In this document: positions 53,701 to 62,651 of the stretch, in pieces
Numbering within the stretch: position 1 is the first letter of the stretch
How the letters are laid out: the number at the start of each line of letters is the position of its first letter
Source: Bradymonadia bacterium
Lineage (GTDB): Bacteria; Myxococcota_A; Bradymonadia; UBA7976; UBA1532
Assembly (NCBI GenBank): GCA_046290225.1
Contig: JBKAGE010000035.1
Coordinates: 160,001 to 224,000, forward strand
Reading direction: 5' to 3'
DNA: 64,000 bases
Notes under the pieces: generated by a model
The model's database searches: none
What the model was told of the DNA's origin: nothing
Seen by the model: only the letters and a program-made list of their open reading frames with translations
Program-made: the position numbers and the translations under genes

Positions 53701-54000
53701 ACCCCCCAGACCGTCGTGCAGGTCGATCCCGACATCGCCGATCTCGTGCCGCGCTTTCTCGCCGCCCGCCATCAGGATCTCGACACGATCAGCGACGCCC
53801 TGTCTCGAGGCGACTACGACCGCATTCGGGTGTTGGGTCATCAGATGAAGGGTACTGGTGGTGCCTATGGGTTCCCCCGCATCTCCGAGCTGGGCCGCCG
53901 TCTGGAGCAGGGGGCGAAGGCGGGCCATGCCCAGACGATCATCGAGAGCGCCGACGCCCTACGACGCTATCTCGACAGCGTAAAGATCGAACACGGCTGA
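50722..54000 (+). CDS. Hybrid sensor histidine kinase (FIST-like, GAF, PAS-like, HisKA, HATPase, REC, HPt)
   Basis: THEIRTPLN, NLVSNAIKYT, DTGQGI, GGTGLGL, LLVEDN..LMDVHLPGMDG..KP, HPt GHQMKGTGG. Confidence 0.93.
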   Translation: MQVSISCASPADATRPVAEGLWTHLESYLGGAPDLLFLGVPPGHDLKALAHDLNQHAPWARLMGVTFPQQPAGHPITLMGIRDPGGAFGLAGGPTGADVRGTTRALTDQALADARRVGEQPHLVWVWSLPAHQEEALKGVRDLVGPGVPVVCSPIDPGPEGRLMMGQRLWAEGIVVSTWFWTRLPRQIGALVPPPEPLMPVLQALGAQRQAEVAQGDVAVLEAAAHLVGTPLGSQLDQCLLDQCARLTGADGCALLISDAQGRLFTKASTHPSLNDRLWSPGDLFTRVLNGEAVSLFDIRRVDEWRGGSITPGVRSALHAPLRPVQAGEASPGMVVCVHTTRGIFTPQLRNQLAHLVKLYPASAETPASDGCCALAQGAPALLWAVDAELRLVEFNVAFAQEARALLDIEPVVGATLNDELSALYAQLDTTRPLRTMQTRTVNGQIRHLELTLQGMADDLVVGCAYDITERTQAVDVLKDARDRAQQASASKSDYLAVMTHEIRTPLNAMLGMVDLTMATPLSKEQREYIDSMKSNAEVLSSLINDILDISKIEAGQMQLAHADLDPGELVELVVQSLAERAEDKRLLLRCEIDPRLPFKVTGDPQRFRQIVLNLVSNAIKYTDHGEVKVSLALAEGRHDMVNLRLTVSDTGQGIAEAEQKRIFERFYQGTAGHQRSGGTGLGLTITHTLVNLMGGHITLDSAPGQGARFTVDLRVPVHTWRNDELAHLKAQLEGVRVLLVERDAIITPLFEAHLPKTAFSAATDLTSARSMLESQRWDALILDTTFPAVAQVAAQSRDLWPDRPTLLMTPINTPSASWATDLPRLPRPLQRKRLIEVLSQTLSGKGAHTGRAMPLPRAVRRVLLVEDNPDSQVVVSRILSRAGHMVEVADTAQRAIKSALTNTFDLILMDVHLPGMDGIEATRIIKERSMAMGRPDVPIVALTAHATAQFRQACLEAGMDSFTVKPIKRQALLALVEQARWPREAMVLTTTPTPQTVVQVDPDIADLVPRFLAARHQDLDTISDALSRGDYDRIRVLGHQMKGTGGAYGFPRISELGRRLEQGAKAGHAQTIIESADALRRYLDSVKIEHG

Positions 54001-54001
54001 G

Positions 54002-55423
54002 ATGGCGGGGCAAAAAGACCACCTCCGGCGTCATCACCTCGACCATGCCGCGAGCGAGCTCTCCGAAGAGACCTGGGACCAGCGCCTGCGCATGACCCTG
54101 GCGGTGCTGATCATCAGCGTGACAGTCTGGGCGATCTGTGCGGTCCTGCGCACGGTGGTGCACGTCGCGGCCGATGGCCTGCTCCTCACGGGCCTCGAGC
54201 ACACCTGGGGTCCATGGGCCCTCGTCGCCGCCCTCACCCTCGGCGGGCTGGTGCAGGGCGCGCTCCACAGACGCCCGGCCTGGGTCGACGCCCGAGGTGA
54301 CGGCGTAGACGTCACCCTGGCCCACTATCACAGCACCTACGACCACCTCGCTGACGATCCGCAACCCCGCTACAACAAGTCAGCCTTCGGGCTGCTCTGG
54401 CGCAAGGCCACGCTCACGACGATCACGCTGTCCTCAGGGGCCAGCGGAGGCCTCGAGGGCCCTGTGGTCCTCATGGGAGAATGTGCCGGCGCTGGCTGGT
54501 CTCGCGTGCTCCGCATCCGCAGCGAGTTCGAACTGCGCACCTATCAGCTGGTCGGTGTCTCCGCGGCGGTGGGCTCGCTCCTCGGTGCCCCCTTCGCAGC
54601 GGCGCTCTTCGCCACCGAGCTGGCCTTCAGCGATCGCATCATCTATCGCAAGCTGGTCTACGCCCTCCTCGGCGCGGTTGTGGTCTACGGCCTCAACAAC
54701 CACCTGTTGGGCCCCACACCGCTGCTCGTCGCACCAGAGCGTCCGGGTGTGTACCGCCTGGGCGAATACCTCGAGGTGGTGGCGGTGGCCCTCGCAGTGA
54801 GCGCTCCGGTGGCCATCGGCATGGGTCTGGTGCTCAAGCACACCCACGGGCTCCTCGCCCGTGTGCCTCCTTTGCTCACCGCCCCCCTCGCCGCCGCAGC
54901 AAGCGGCGGCCTGGCTCTGGCCTTGTGGTTCACGCTGGGCCTCGCCCCACATCATCTCCTGGGTATGGGGGAGCACACCCTCGCCGAGCTGCTCAACGGC
55001 GGTACGCTGCACAGCCACTTTGAGCCGACCCCGCTCACCACCGCAGGCATCCTGGGCCTCGCCGTGGTGGGCAAGATGATCACCACGGCCCTCACGGTTC
55101 AGTCAGGCGGAAGCGCCGGCATGTTGATCCCTGCGATGTTCATGGGCGGTGTCAGCGGCGCAGCGACACACCACCTGCTCGTGGCCCTGGGCCTCGGCGT
55201 AGGGGTCGATCCGGCCATCTTCGTCGTGGCGGGCATCGCCTCCGCCCTGGTGGCGGTGATCCAGGTGCCCCTCTCGGCCATCGCCCTGGTGCTTGAGGTG
55301 TTCGGCCCGGCCTATGGCCCTGCGGCGGCCCTGAGCTGCGGCTTGTGCACCATCGTCACCCGCAAATTCTCGATGTACCCCCAACGGCACAGCCCGAACC
55401 CCGAAGGGGACGAGGTGGGGTGA
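54002..55423 (+). CDS. ClC family chloride channel/antiporter, no CBS domains
   Basis: GASGGLEGP, GAPFAAALFATE, GGSAGMLIPAMFMG, PLSAIALVLE; many hydrophobic segments. Confidence 0.88.
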   Translation: MAGQKDHLRRHHLDHAASELSEETWDQRLRMTLAVLIISVTVWAICAVLRTVVHVAADGLLLTGLEHTWGPWALVAALTLGGLVQGALHRRPAWVDARGDGVDVTLAHYHSTYDHLADDPQPRYNKSAFGLLWRKATLTTITLSSGASGGLEGPVVLMGECAGAGWSRVLRIRSEFELRTYQLVGVSAAVGSLLGAPFAAALFATELAFSDRIIYRKLVYALLGAVVVYGLNNHLLGPTPLLVAPERPGVYRLGEYLEVVAVALAVSAPVAIGMGLVLKHTHGLLARVPPLLTAPLAAAASGGLALALWFTLGLAPHHLLGMGEHTLAELLNGGTLHSHFEPTPLTTAGILGLAVVGKMITTALTVQSGGSAGMLIPAMFMGGVSGAATHHLLVALGLGVGVDPAIFVVAGIASALVAVIQVPLSAIALVLEVFGPAYGPAAALSCGLCTIVTRKFSMYPQRHSPNPEGDEVG

Positions 55424-55479
55424 CGCAAAACGTCACCCTGCCCAAATTCGTCCAAGTGAGGGGTGACGCAAAACGTCAC
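55420..55479. repeat. Two identical 17-bp palindromes, probable enhancer-binding sites for pilA
   Basis: GTGACGCAAAACGTCAC at 55420-55436 and 55463-55479. Confidence 0.8.
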
Positions 55480-55518
55480 TTTTTTCGAAACCAGACCATT
55501 TTTGGCGCTTTTTCGTGC

Positions 55519-55533
55519 TGGCACAGCCTTTGC
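55519..55533 (+). promoter_or_regulatory. Sigma54 -24/-12 promoter of pilA
   Basis: TGGCAC-AGCCT-TTGC matches TGGCAC-N5-TTGC. Confidence 0.85.
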
Positions 55534-55636
55534 GACTGAGCTGTGACATGTGGCGTCGAGCAGTTTGACGTCTGGAGGGAAGATGGGATCGAACACGCTC
55601 CCATCAATACACACAAGAGATCTGAGGGAGCCCCCC

Positions 55637-56188
55637 ATGAAGCTTCGTACCACTCGTAAAGGTTTTACGCTCGTCGAGCTGATGATCGTGGTCGCCATCA
55701 TCGGCATTCTCGCCGCGGTCGCCATCCCCGCCTTCATCGAGTACACCCGGAACGCCAAGACTGCTGAGGCCACCAACGCCATCAGCCTGATCAAGAAGGG
55801 CACGATCGCCTACTGGAACAGCTCCAAGAGCCAGGTGGACAACACCGCGGAGACCATCGAGGCTCAGCGCCTCGAGGAGAAGACCTTCCCCACCACGGTG
55901 GCCACCACCCCCGCAGCCAACAACTGCCCCGCCGGCCCCTGGAAGGCCGAGGCCGACACCTGGGCCGACGAGACCTGGCAGGTCCTCGACTTCACCCTCA
56001 ACGAGGGTCTCTTCCAGTACGCCTTCGACAGCGCTGGCTCCGGTGACGACGCCACCTTCAACATCCAGGCCACCGGCGATCCCAGCTGCGACGAGGTCAT
56101 CGTGAACTTCAGCATGCTCGGCGACATCGTCGAGGGCGAGGTCCGCACCGGTGACATGGTCGAGAGCATCGAAGAAGCCGCCGAGTAA
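55637..56188 (+). CDS. pilA: Type IV major pilin
   Basis: Prepilin cleavage site [24 protein letters not shown]; strong codon bias; sigma54 promoter; Cys pair. Confidence 0.9.
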   Translation: MKLRTTRKGFTLVELMIVVAIIGILAAVAIPAFIEYTRNAKTAEATNAISLIKKGTIAYWNSSKSQVDNTAETIEAQRLEEKTFPTTVATTPAANNCPAGPWKAEADTWADETWQVLDFTLNEGLFQYAFDSAGSGDDATFNIQATGDPSCDEVIVNFSMLGDIVEGEVRTGDMVESIEEAAE

Positions 56189-56237
56189 TCTTCTGGTGTA
56201 GACTCACGGGCCCGAGCGTCAGCTGAGAGGCCGCTAC

Positions 56238-57101
56238 GTGATCCGCTCCGCCCCTGCCCGCCGCCTGCTGCTCTTCGCAGCCTTCCTCACGCTCATCGCT
56301 GTTGGCTTTCGATACCGCAGCCGCGCAGACATTTCGCGGCTTCGACAGCCTCCTGAGCCCCCCTCTGGTCTACAGAACCTCTATGTACCCAGCGTGACGA
56401 CGTTGCGCATGGCCAGCGCTGGCTATGAGCAAGCAGCCGCCGACCTGCTCTGGGTGAGGGTGCTCGGATATTTCGGATCTCACTTCAAGACTGATCGCCA
56501 GTTCATGTGGCTCGAGACCTTCGTCGACCAGATCATCGCCCTCGACCCGATGTTTCGAGAGGCCTACGAGACCACAGCGATGATGATCCTCTATGGCTCG
56601 AACATCACCAATGAATCGGTGGCATCGGCGAACCGCATCTACGAGGCGGGCATGGTCCACTTCCCGGATGATCCGCGCATGCCCTACAACATCGGGTTCA
56701 ACCTCTACTTCGAGATGAAGGGTGAGACCCCGCAGGCCTCTGAGCGATACCGTTTGCAGGCCCTCGACTACTTCACGCTCGCGGCGAGCATGCCCGAGGC
56801 GCCCCTCTCCTATCGCGGTCTGCTGGCCTCACTGCAAACCAAAGCAGGACGCACTGCTCTGGCTCAACAGCACTACCTCGACCTGTATCTGAAGACCGAC
56901 GAGCCTGCACAGAAGGCCTACTTCAGGAGCAAGTTGGAAGAAGCGGGCGTCGATCTCAAAGCCATCGAAGCGGAATTCAATGCCATCGACGATCGCCGAA
57001 AAGCCACACACCCTTACATGACATTCGATCAATACATGCTGCTCGACGAGCAGCTGACGCCTCCGAGCCCCGCCAACACCTGGACACGTCTGCACGACTG
57101 A
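56238..57101 (+). CDS. Pilus accessory TPR-like membrane-anchored protein (Myxococcus PilG-like)
   Basis: Directly after pilA; N-terminal TM; AADLLWVR..GYFG, LDPMF..AY, TPR-like helices. Confidence 0.6.
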   Translation: MIRSAPARRLLLFAAFLTLIAVGFRYRSRADISRLRQPPEPPSGLQNLYVPSVTTLRMASAGYEQAAADLLWVRVLGYFGSHFKTDRQFMWLETFVDQIIALDPMFREAYETTAMMILYGSNITNESVASANRIYEAGMVHFPDDPRMPYNIGFNLYFEMKGETPQASERYRLQALDYFTLAASMPEAPLSYRGLLASLQTKAGRTALAQQHYLDLYLKTDEPAQKAYFRSKLEEAGVDLKAIEAEFNAIDDRRKATHPYMTFDQYMLLDEQLTPPSPANTWTRLHD

Positions 57102-57112
57102 TCGCGCTGTGT

Positions 57113-58288
57113 TCAGCTCTGCTCTTTCACACCTTCCATACGGTGGAAGATGCGATCGACATAGCTGGCCACCTCTACGTGTTTCGAGGTGGCCTTGAGC
57201 CCTGGCAGCGCCTCCTTGATGCCGTCGGTGAGCGCAGAATCGCGGGGGCCGCCCTTTACGAGATCGTCCCAGCTCAGCGGATCCAAGCCTCGCTCCACCG
57301 CAGCCTCCTGGGCGCGGCGCACAGTGCGCGCCCCAGCGTTGTACGACGCAAAGACGAACTTTTTGTAGTCGTCGCCAGAGGGCAGGCCGTGCTTCAGCTC
57401 GGCCTTGAGCTGCTCCACCTTCTGCCGAAGCACCCGCGCTGCGAGCAAGATGGCGGTGTCTGCCTGGAGGCGATCTTTGGGGTTTGCCCCCACCTCTCGA
57501 GCCTCGCTGGCGCCGATCTGGGCGGGGCCCGCGATGTCGCCTCGAGTATCTGTCAGCGTGAAGTCACCTGACTCTTGAGCCACGAGGGCCTTCAACTCCG
57601 CCGCGCTGATCCCTGTGCCTCTGAGCACTTCGACCACCCGCTCATCAGCAAAGAACATGTTGTAGCGGGCGAAGGAGTGCCTCGCGTGGAGCGCCTCGTC
57701 ACGGGCCCGGGTCAGCTGGCGATGGTGCTTGATCACGTCGTTGCGCAGACCAGCATCAACGTGGCGACAGTCTGCCGTAGTGATGATGCCGTCGAGGGGT
57801 CGCTCCAGATCAGCCTTGAGGGCCTTCGCTTTCTCTGCGGCCCAGGCCTGCCCTGCGAACTCAGGCTGGTTCACCGCATCGAAGGCCGACTGAATTTGCC
57901 GTTGCCTGCGCGTCATGGCCTTCGTCAGAGACGACTCCACAGCCTTGACCTGCATGTCTTTGAACTCGGTGTTCAGGCTGATGACCGCCGCGACCTCATC
58001 GGCCACGGAGGGCGGCTTGGGGGTGTCGACCTTCGCCGACTCGCGGCTCTGAGGCACCTCTGCCTCACGACGGGCTTCCACAAAGTTGGTCTGCGCAGAC
58101 TGGGCAGCGTTCTGCTCGTCGGTCGAGAGGCCCAGCATGTCTTTCAGGTAGCCCACCCACGCCATCCCCACCTCGGGGTTGTCGTCGGTGCCTTGCTGGC
58201 GTTGATCTGCCTGCTCGGTGGTCTGCTCCGCCGCCTGACGGGCGAGCTCTTCTCGACGACGCAGATCTGTAGCGTGCAGTTGTGTCAT
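57113..58288 (-). CDS. Protein with C-terminal SLT lytic transglycosylase domain
   Basis: ALVAQESG catalytic motif, GPAQI, ASYNAG, YVDRI. Confidence 0.8.
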   Translation of the reverse strand: MTQLHATDLRRREELARQAAEQTTEQADQRQQGTDDNPEVGMAWVGYLKDMLGLSTDEQNAAQSAQTNFVEARREAEVPQSRESAKVDTPKPPSVADEVAAVISLNTEFKDMQVKAVESSLTKAMTRRQRQIQSAFDAVNQPEFAGQAWAAEKAKALKADLERPLDGIITTADCRHVDAGLRNDVIKHHRQLTRARDEALHARHSFARYNMFFADERVVEVLRGTGISAAELKALVAQESGDFTLTDTRGDIAGPAQIGASEAREVGANPKDRLQADTAILLAARVLRQKVEQLKAELKHGLPSGDDYKKFVFASYNAGARTVRRAQEAAVERGLDPLSWDDLVKGGPRDSALTDGIKEALPGLKATSKHVEVASYVDRIFHRMEGVKEQS

Positions 58289-58384
58289 GCAGGCGCTCCA
58301 TCTGTGGGATGGCTACACGCTACCAGATTCACAGTGTGATGGGTCGGGGATTTGCCGACATGTGGCATCCACCCAGGTGACGCC

Positions 58385-59659
58385 TCAGCGCTCACCACCA
58401 CCCTTGATGACCCGAAGGTGATCCGCGATGAGTGGATCATCGCCCGCAGCGGCCAGGTAGCGCTCGAAATGCAGCGCCGCCCGATCAGGATCACCAAAGG
58501 CATCGAGATAAAGCTGACCGAGGTGTTTGTGTGCCAACGCCCAGTCAGGATCAGCGATGAGGGCCAGCTCCAAGGCGTGGCGGGCTTTGTCGACGTCACC
58601 GACGCTGGCGAAGATCAGGCTCTCGTTGAACCGTGGGTTCGGGAACTGAGGGTTCAGGCGTGCGGCCTCTCGGAAAGAGAGCAACGCCCGGGCCCGATCA
58701 CCCTTCTTCAAATAGGCAACGCCAAGATCGTTCTGAAAACGCGCGTCATTGGGGAACAGCTGCACCGCCCGCTCGAAGTGATGGATCGCCGCCTTCACCC
58801 GACCGCGGTTGAGCATGCTGTGGCCCCGCAGATAGTGAGAGGCCGCAGAGCCCGGAGTTTGCCTCAAACCTTGTTTGACGCGGCTGCGGCAGCGGTGACA
58901 CAGGCGCGACGGAGACTCCACGAGATCTTCCAGGGTGCGATCTTCTCGCATCGCGCACCGGGTATCGGGGCAGTGCTCCTGAATGCCCAGGGTGTGGCCC
59001 ACCTCATGCACAACCACCTTGTACATCAGCTCATGGAAGCGCACCGGATCCGAGGGGTTGTCCCACCAGTGCCCACGGTAACGCGCCAGGGAGACCACAC
59101 CGACCCGGTCGACCACGCTGGCCAGGCCGAAGACGAAGCGGCCGCTGCCATTCTCGAAGAGATCGGCATTCGTGAGACCCATCAGGCCCACAGCGTTGTC
59201 GGGGATGCCATCGAACAAGCCATCGATGAGTTGATCAGCATCGTACTGATTGCGATCGAGATCATATGCACGGCCCATGAGCGGGAACGCCGGCATCACG
59301 AAGCATTTGATGTTGAACACCTCACGGATCACCTCGCAGGCGAAGTGCGTGTGAGACTCGGCCACCGGGCCCATGGCGCGCACGTAATAAACGGGCTGGC
59401 TGCCGGGCTTTCGAGCCTTCCATGCCCGATGAGGCACCAAAGGTGGGGTGTGATCGATGTGCAGATCAGAGCCCGCGAGATCAGGCCCGGCGATGTCAGT
59501 GGGGCCGTGTAGATGGGCATGATGGCTGTGATGATCGTGATGTGCCGGATCAGGCGGATCACCTGCGTGGGCGGTCAAGGTCCAGAGACCGACCCATAAA
59601 CCCACAGTGATGATCGAAGGCACTCTCACGTGCGCAGACCTCCATCGTCTTTGACACAT
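58385..59659 (-). CDS. Archaemetzincin (M54) zinc metalloprotease fused to TPR repeats
   Basis: RNQYDAD, FVFGLA, HEVGHTLGIQEHC...CAM...LCHRC, then TPRs (NDLGVAY, AHKHLG); start uncertain. Confidence 0.85.
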   Translation of the reverse strand: MCQRRWRSAHVRVPSIITVGLWVGLWTLTAHAGDPPDPAHHDHHSHHAHLHGPTDIAGPDLAGSDLHIDHTPPLVPHRAWKARKPGSQPVYYVRAMGPVAESHTHFACEVIREVFNIKCFVMPAFPLMGRAYDLDRNQYDADQLIDGLFDGIPDNAVGLMGLTNADLFENGSGRFVFGLASVVDRVGVVSLARYRGHWWDNPSDPVRFHELMYKVVVHEVGHTLGIQEHCPDTRCAMREDRTLEDLVESPSRLCHRCRSRVKQGLRQTPGSAASHYLRGHSMLNRGRVKAAIHHFERAVQLFPNDARFQNDLGVAYLKKGDRARALLSFREAARLNPQFPNPRFNESLIFASVGDVDKARHALELALIADPDWALAHKHLGQLYLDAFGDPDRAALHFERYLAAAGDDPLIADHLRVIKGGGER

Positions 59660-59947
59660 ACAAAAACTTCGTATGTGTCACGGCGAGGCCATTGGGTGTG
59701 GCGTAGTACACCGATCAATGGGTGTATCCTACATGCTCCACAGGCGCAATGGCCATCACACGTCGCAGTCAAGTTTTGATCCTGAGGCAGGTGTACGTCA
59801 ATGTGTCCCTCATGACCCACCCCCAAAAACCTACAGGTCGAGAAATGTAACCTATCGACCTACCACCAGTTCTTCTCCTCTACATGCTGTTGCAAAACCT
59901 CTCGCCAGCCGGTACCCACAAGCCTCCATGCAACAGGGTTAGACACC

Positions 59948-60364
59948 ATGAACCGTCGGACGTTCGAGGCTGAGCTGAAAGAGCTGATCCGGTCACAGGG
60001 CAGCCGCACCGAGAATCCGGGCAGCTATGCCTCCGACACGTGCGAAAACTGCACCCAGTGCATGTTCTGTGAGCGATGCACCGATTGCTACGGCTGCAAC
60101 TACGCCCACAACAGCGAGGGCTGCACCCAGTGCACCCACGTGAAGGGGTGCACCCACTGTCACAACAGCACGCACTTGCTGAAGTGTGAGCGCTGTGTGG
60201 CCAGCCAGTACCTCGAGCTGTGCACCGATTGCGCCGAATGCACCTACTGCTTTGGCTGTGTGGGGCTCGTTCGCAAGGAATTCCACATCCTGAACACCCC
60301 CTACGATCGCAAGACCTACTTCAAGGTCGTCAAGGCCCTGAAGGCCGAGATGGGGCTCGCCTGA
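59948..60364 (+). CDS. Small CxxC-repeat Cys-rich protein
   Basis: Run of CxxCxxC repeats ending YCFGCVGL..KEFHILN. Confidence 0.8.
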   Translation: MNRRTFEAELKELIRSQGSRTENPGSYASDTCENCTQCMFCERCTDCYGCNYAHNSEGCTQCTHVKGCTHCHNSTHLLKCERCVASQYLELCTDCAECTYCFGCVGLVRKEFHILNTPYDRKTYFKVVKALKAEMGLA

Positions 60365-60369
60365 GCCCG

Positions 60370-61449
60370 ATGGCCACCCCCAGCTCCAGAGAGCCCCTCT
60401 CCAGAAAAGCAGCCTTTCGAGAGATCGCCCTGATGTTCATGGTGACCGTGGTGGTCACTGTGGGCCTCACCCTGCTCCAAGGCGCCGTGGGCTGGATCCG
60501 GAATTACGTGCTCGTCATCGTGGCGGCCACCTTCCTCTACCTGCCCATCGAGTGGCTGCACCGCACCGGCCGGGATCCGGCGAAGTTCGGCATTCACCGC
60601 GCACAACCTCTACGCCACGTGAAATGGGCGCTGTTGTTGATGGTGATCACCTTCCCACCTTATCTGGCGGGTTTTCACGTCTGGCAGACCACCGTCGTAG
60701 AGCAACAATGGGCGCTAGGTCAGGCCCGCTTCGATCACTGGCCTTTGGAGATGACTGATCCACCAGAGGTGGTGCAGCTGCAGCCCGGTGAGGTACGCCT
60801 CTACACGGTGAAGGATGATCTCTGGCTGACCTGGCGATTGCCACGAGGGCAACGCTTCGAGGCCACCATCACCAGCGACGTCATGCCCCGAGTACTCAGA
60901 CATCATGGGGGCCGCCCCACCTTCGAGTCTGATCCACCGCGACTGCTATTCTCCGGGGGCGACAGAGGCCGCGTGGTGTTCAACGCACCAGGGCACCGCA
61001 TGTCGGTGGACGTCGATGCGGGTGGTGATCGCCTGCCTCCGGAGCGTCTCCGACTGGGCACAGCCCTGAGCCCGGCACCAGAGATGCCCTTCGAGGCAGA
61101 GCGAGGCTGGTGGTGGATCATCAACATCGTGCTGGTGCAACTGCTGCTGGTGGCCCTGCCAGAAGAGGTGTTCTACCGAGGCTACTTACAAACGACCCTG
61201 GACGGCCTCGTAGGCCGTGATCGCCGCATCTTCGGTGTCGAGGTGAACGTCACCAGCATGTTGATCACCAGCGCGCTCTTTGCTGTGGGGCACTACCTGA
61301 CGATCCCACACCCGGCCCGCCTGGCGGTGTTCTTCCCGAGCCTGCTCTTTGGCTGGCTTCGCAGAGCTTCTGGCGGCGTGGGGGCCCCGATGGCATATCA
61401 CGCAGCGTGTAATCTGCTCGTGGAGTTCGGCGGGCACTTCTACGGGTGA
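60370..61449 (+). CDS. CPBP (Abi/CAAX) intramembrane glutamic protease, myxosortase-like
   Basis: EEVFYRG, FAVGH, FFPSLLFGWLR, HAACN; extracytoplasmic insertion between TM segments. Confidence 0.85.
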   Translation: MATPSSREPLSRKAAFREIALMFMVTVVVTVGLTLLQGAVGWIRNYVLVIVAATFLYLPIEWLHRTGRDPAKFGIHRAQPLRHVKWALLLMVITFPPYLAGFHVWQTTVVEQQWALGQARFDHWPLEMTDPPEVVQLQPGEVRLYTVKDDLWLTWRLPRGQRFEATITSDVMPRVLRHHGGRPTFESDPPRLLFSGGDRGRVVFNAPGHRMSVDVDAGGDRLPPERLRLGTALSPAPEMPFEAERGWWWIINIVLVQLLLVALPEEVFYRGYLQTTLDGLVGRDRRIFGVEVNVTSMLITSALFAVGHYLTIPHPARLAVFFPSLLFGWLRRASGGVGAPMAYHAACNLLVEFGGHFYG

Positions 61450-62651
61450 GCCATCACCCGAGGGCACTCCGGATCAGGGGCCATCGCGTCGCCGGTCAGG
61501 TGAGCCGAGACCGCTCTACACCCCCCATTACACACATCGACGTAATCACAGGTGTCGCACGGCGCCGGCGCCTCGGCTCGATACCGACGGTAGCGCTCGA
61601 AGAGCGGCTGAGAGGGCCAGTCCGTGACGAAGGCCTGCCGGGCCGAGCCTGCAGGCTGACTGAGGAAGCTGCACCCCGTGGCCCGGCCATGAGGACCCAC
61701 AGAGGCCAGGGTGTCTCCGGCCTCGCACCCGCCGATGCGAAAGAACCGCAGCACTCGAGGCTCAGGCTGGTGATGGCACACGAAGGGGGCCAGGGAGCAG
61801 TCCATCTTGATGCGCACCCGGTGCTTGCGGCCGAGGTGCAGGGCCTTGGGCAACAGCGCCCTGCCTTGCGCGGGGGTGAGGCGCAGGTCGCGATAGACAG
61901 AGATGCCTCGGCCCGCAGGTTTGAGACGCAACAGCTCGAGCTCGGTGACACGGCGACGGCGGGCGTAGGCCACGAGACGCGGTAGGGCGTCGAAGGTGTG
62001 GCGCGTGAGCACGGCGTTGATGCCTGCGCGGCCGTGGTGCCGCTTGAGCAACCTCAGAGCTTCGTCGGCCTGCTCGAACCGCTCACGCTGGCCCTCTGGG
62101 GTCGGGCCTCGCACTCGGGCGTAGTCGTCGACGCCCACGCCGTCGATGCTCACGTTGATTTGAGCAAAGTCGCCGAGTCGCTGCGCCAGATCTGCGGTGA
62201 CCGGGGCGCCGCTGGTGGTGGTGCTCGGCGCGATGCCCCGTTGTCTGAGAGCCCGGGCGGCGATGAAGGTGGCTTCGTCGGCGAGAGGCTCTCCGCCGCC
62301 GAGGGCCACATGGAGCACCCCCGCTTCGGCGAGGGCATCGGCGACGTGTTCGATCTGCGACAGATCGGCAGGAGGCGCCTGGGGCGTGCTGCTGGTGTAG
62401 CAGCCCGGGCAGGCCTGATCACACCGACGGCTCAGCGTCCAGTGCACCTCCACTGGGGCGCTGTGGCGCGTGCCACCGTTTCGCCACAGCGACTCGGCCC
62501 GCACCCCTAGACGCCGCGCCATGGGCTGATCGACGTAGAGCAACATTGCGGGCCGCTCCAACGACACGATGGCGCCCCAAGGCTCTGGCCTCACCTTCAA
62601 GCCCACAGCGCCCTTCAACCGGGCCTGGAGATCAGCGATCAGCGTCATCAT
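61440..62651 (-). CDS. Radical SAM / SPASM domain protein
   Basis: CDQACPGC (CxxxCxxC), GGGEP, SIDG, CEAG...C...CDTCDYVDVCNGGCR...DPEC. Confidence 0.92.
   Translation of the reverse strand: MMTLIADLQARLKGAVGLKVRPEPWGAIVSLERPAMLLYVDQPMARRLGVRAESLWRNGGTRHSAPVEVHWTLSRRCDQACPGCYTSSTPQAPPADLSQIEHVADALAEAGVLHVALGGGEPLADEATFIAARALRQRGIAPSTTTSGAPVTADLAQRLGDFAQINVSIDGVGVDDYARVRGPTPEGQRERFEQADEALRLLKRHHGRAGINAVLTRHTFDALPRLVAYARRRRVTELELLRLKPAGRGISVYRDLRLTPAQGRALLPKALHLGRKHRVRIKMDCSLAPFVCHHQPEPRVLRFFRIGGCEAGDTLASVGPHGRATGCSFLSQPAGSARQAFVTDWPSQPLFERYRRYRAEAPAPCDTCDYVDVCNGGCRAVSAHLTGDAMAPDPECPRVMAHP

Noticed and set aside
55418..55485. CRISPR mini-array
   Set aside because: Only two short palindromic copies, no cas genes, and the position fits a sigma54 enhancer
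59831..59861. Inverted repeat AGGTCGA-N13-TCGACCT overlapping a CTACA-N10-TGTAA near-match to motif A
   Set aside because: Single occurrence with different spacing; too short to distinguish from chance
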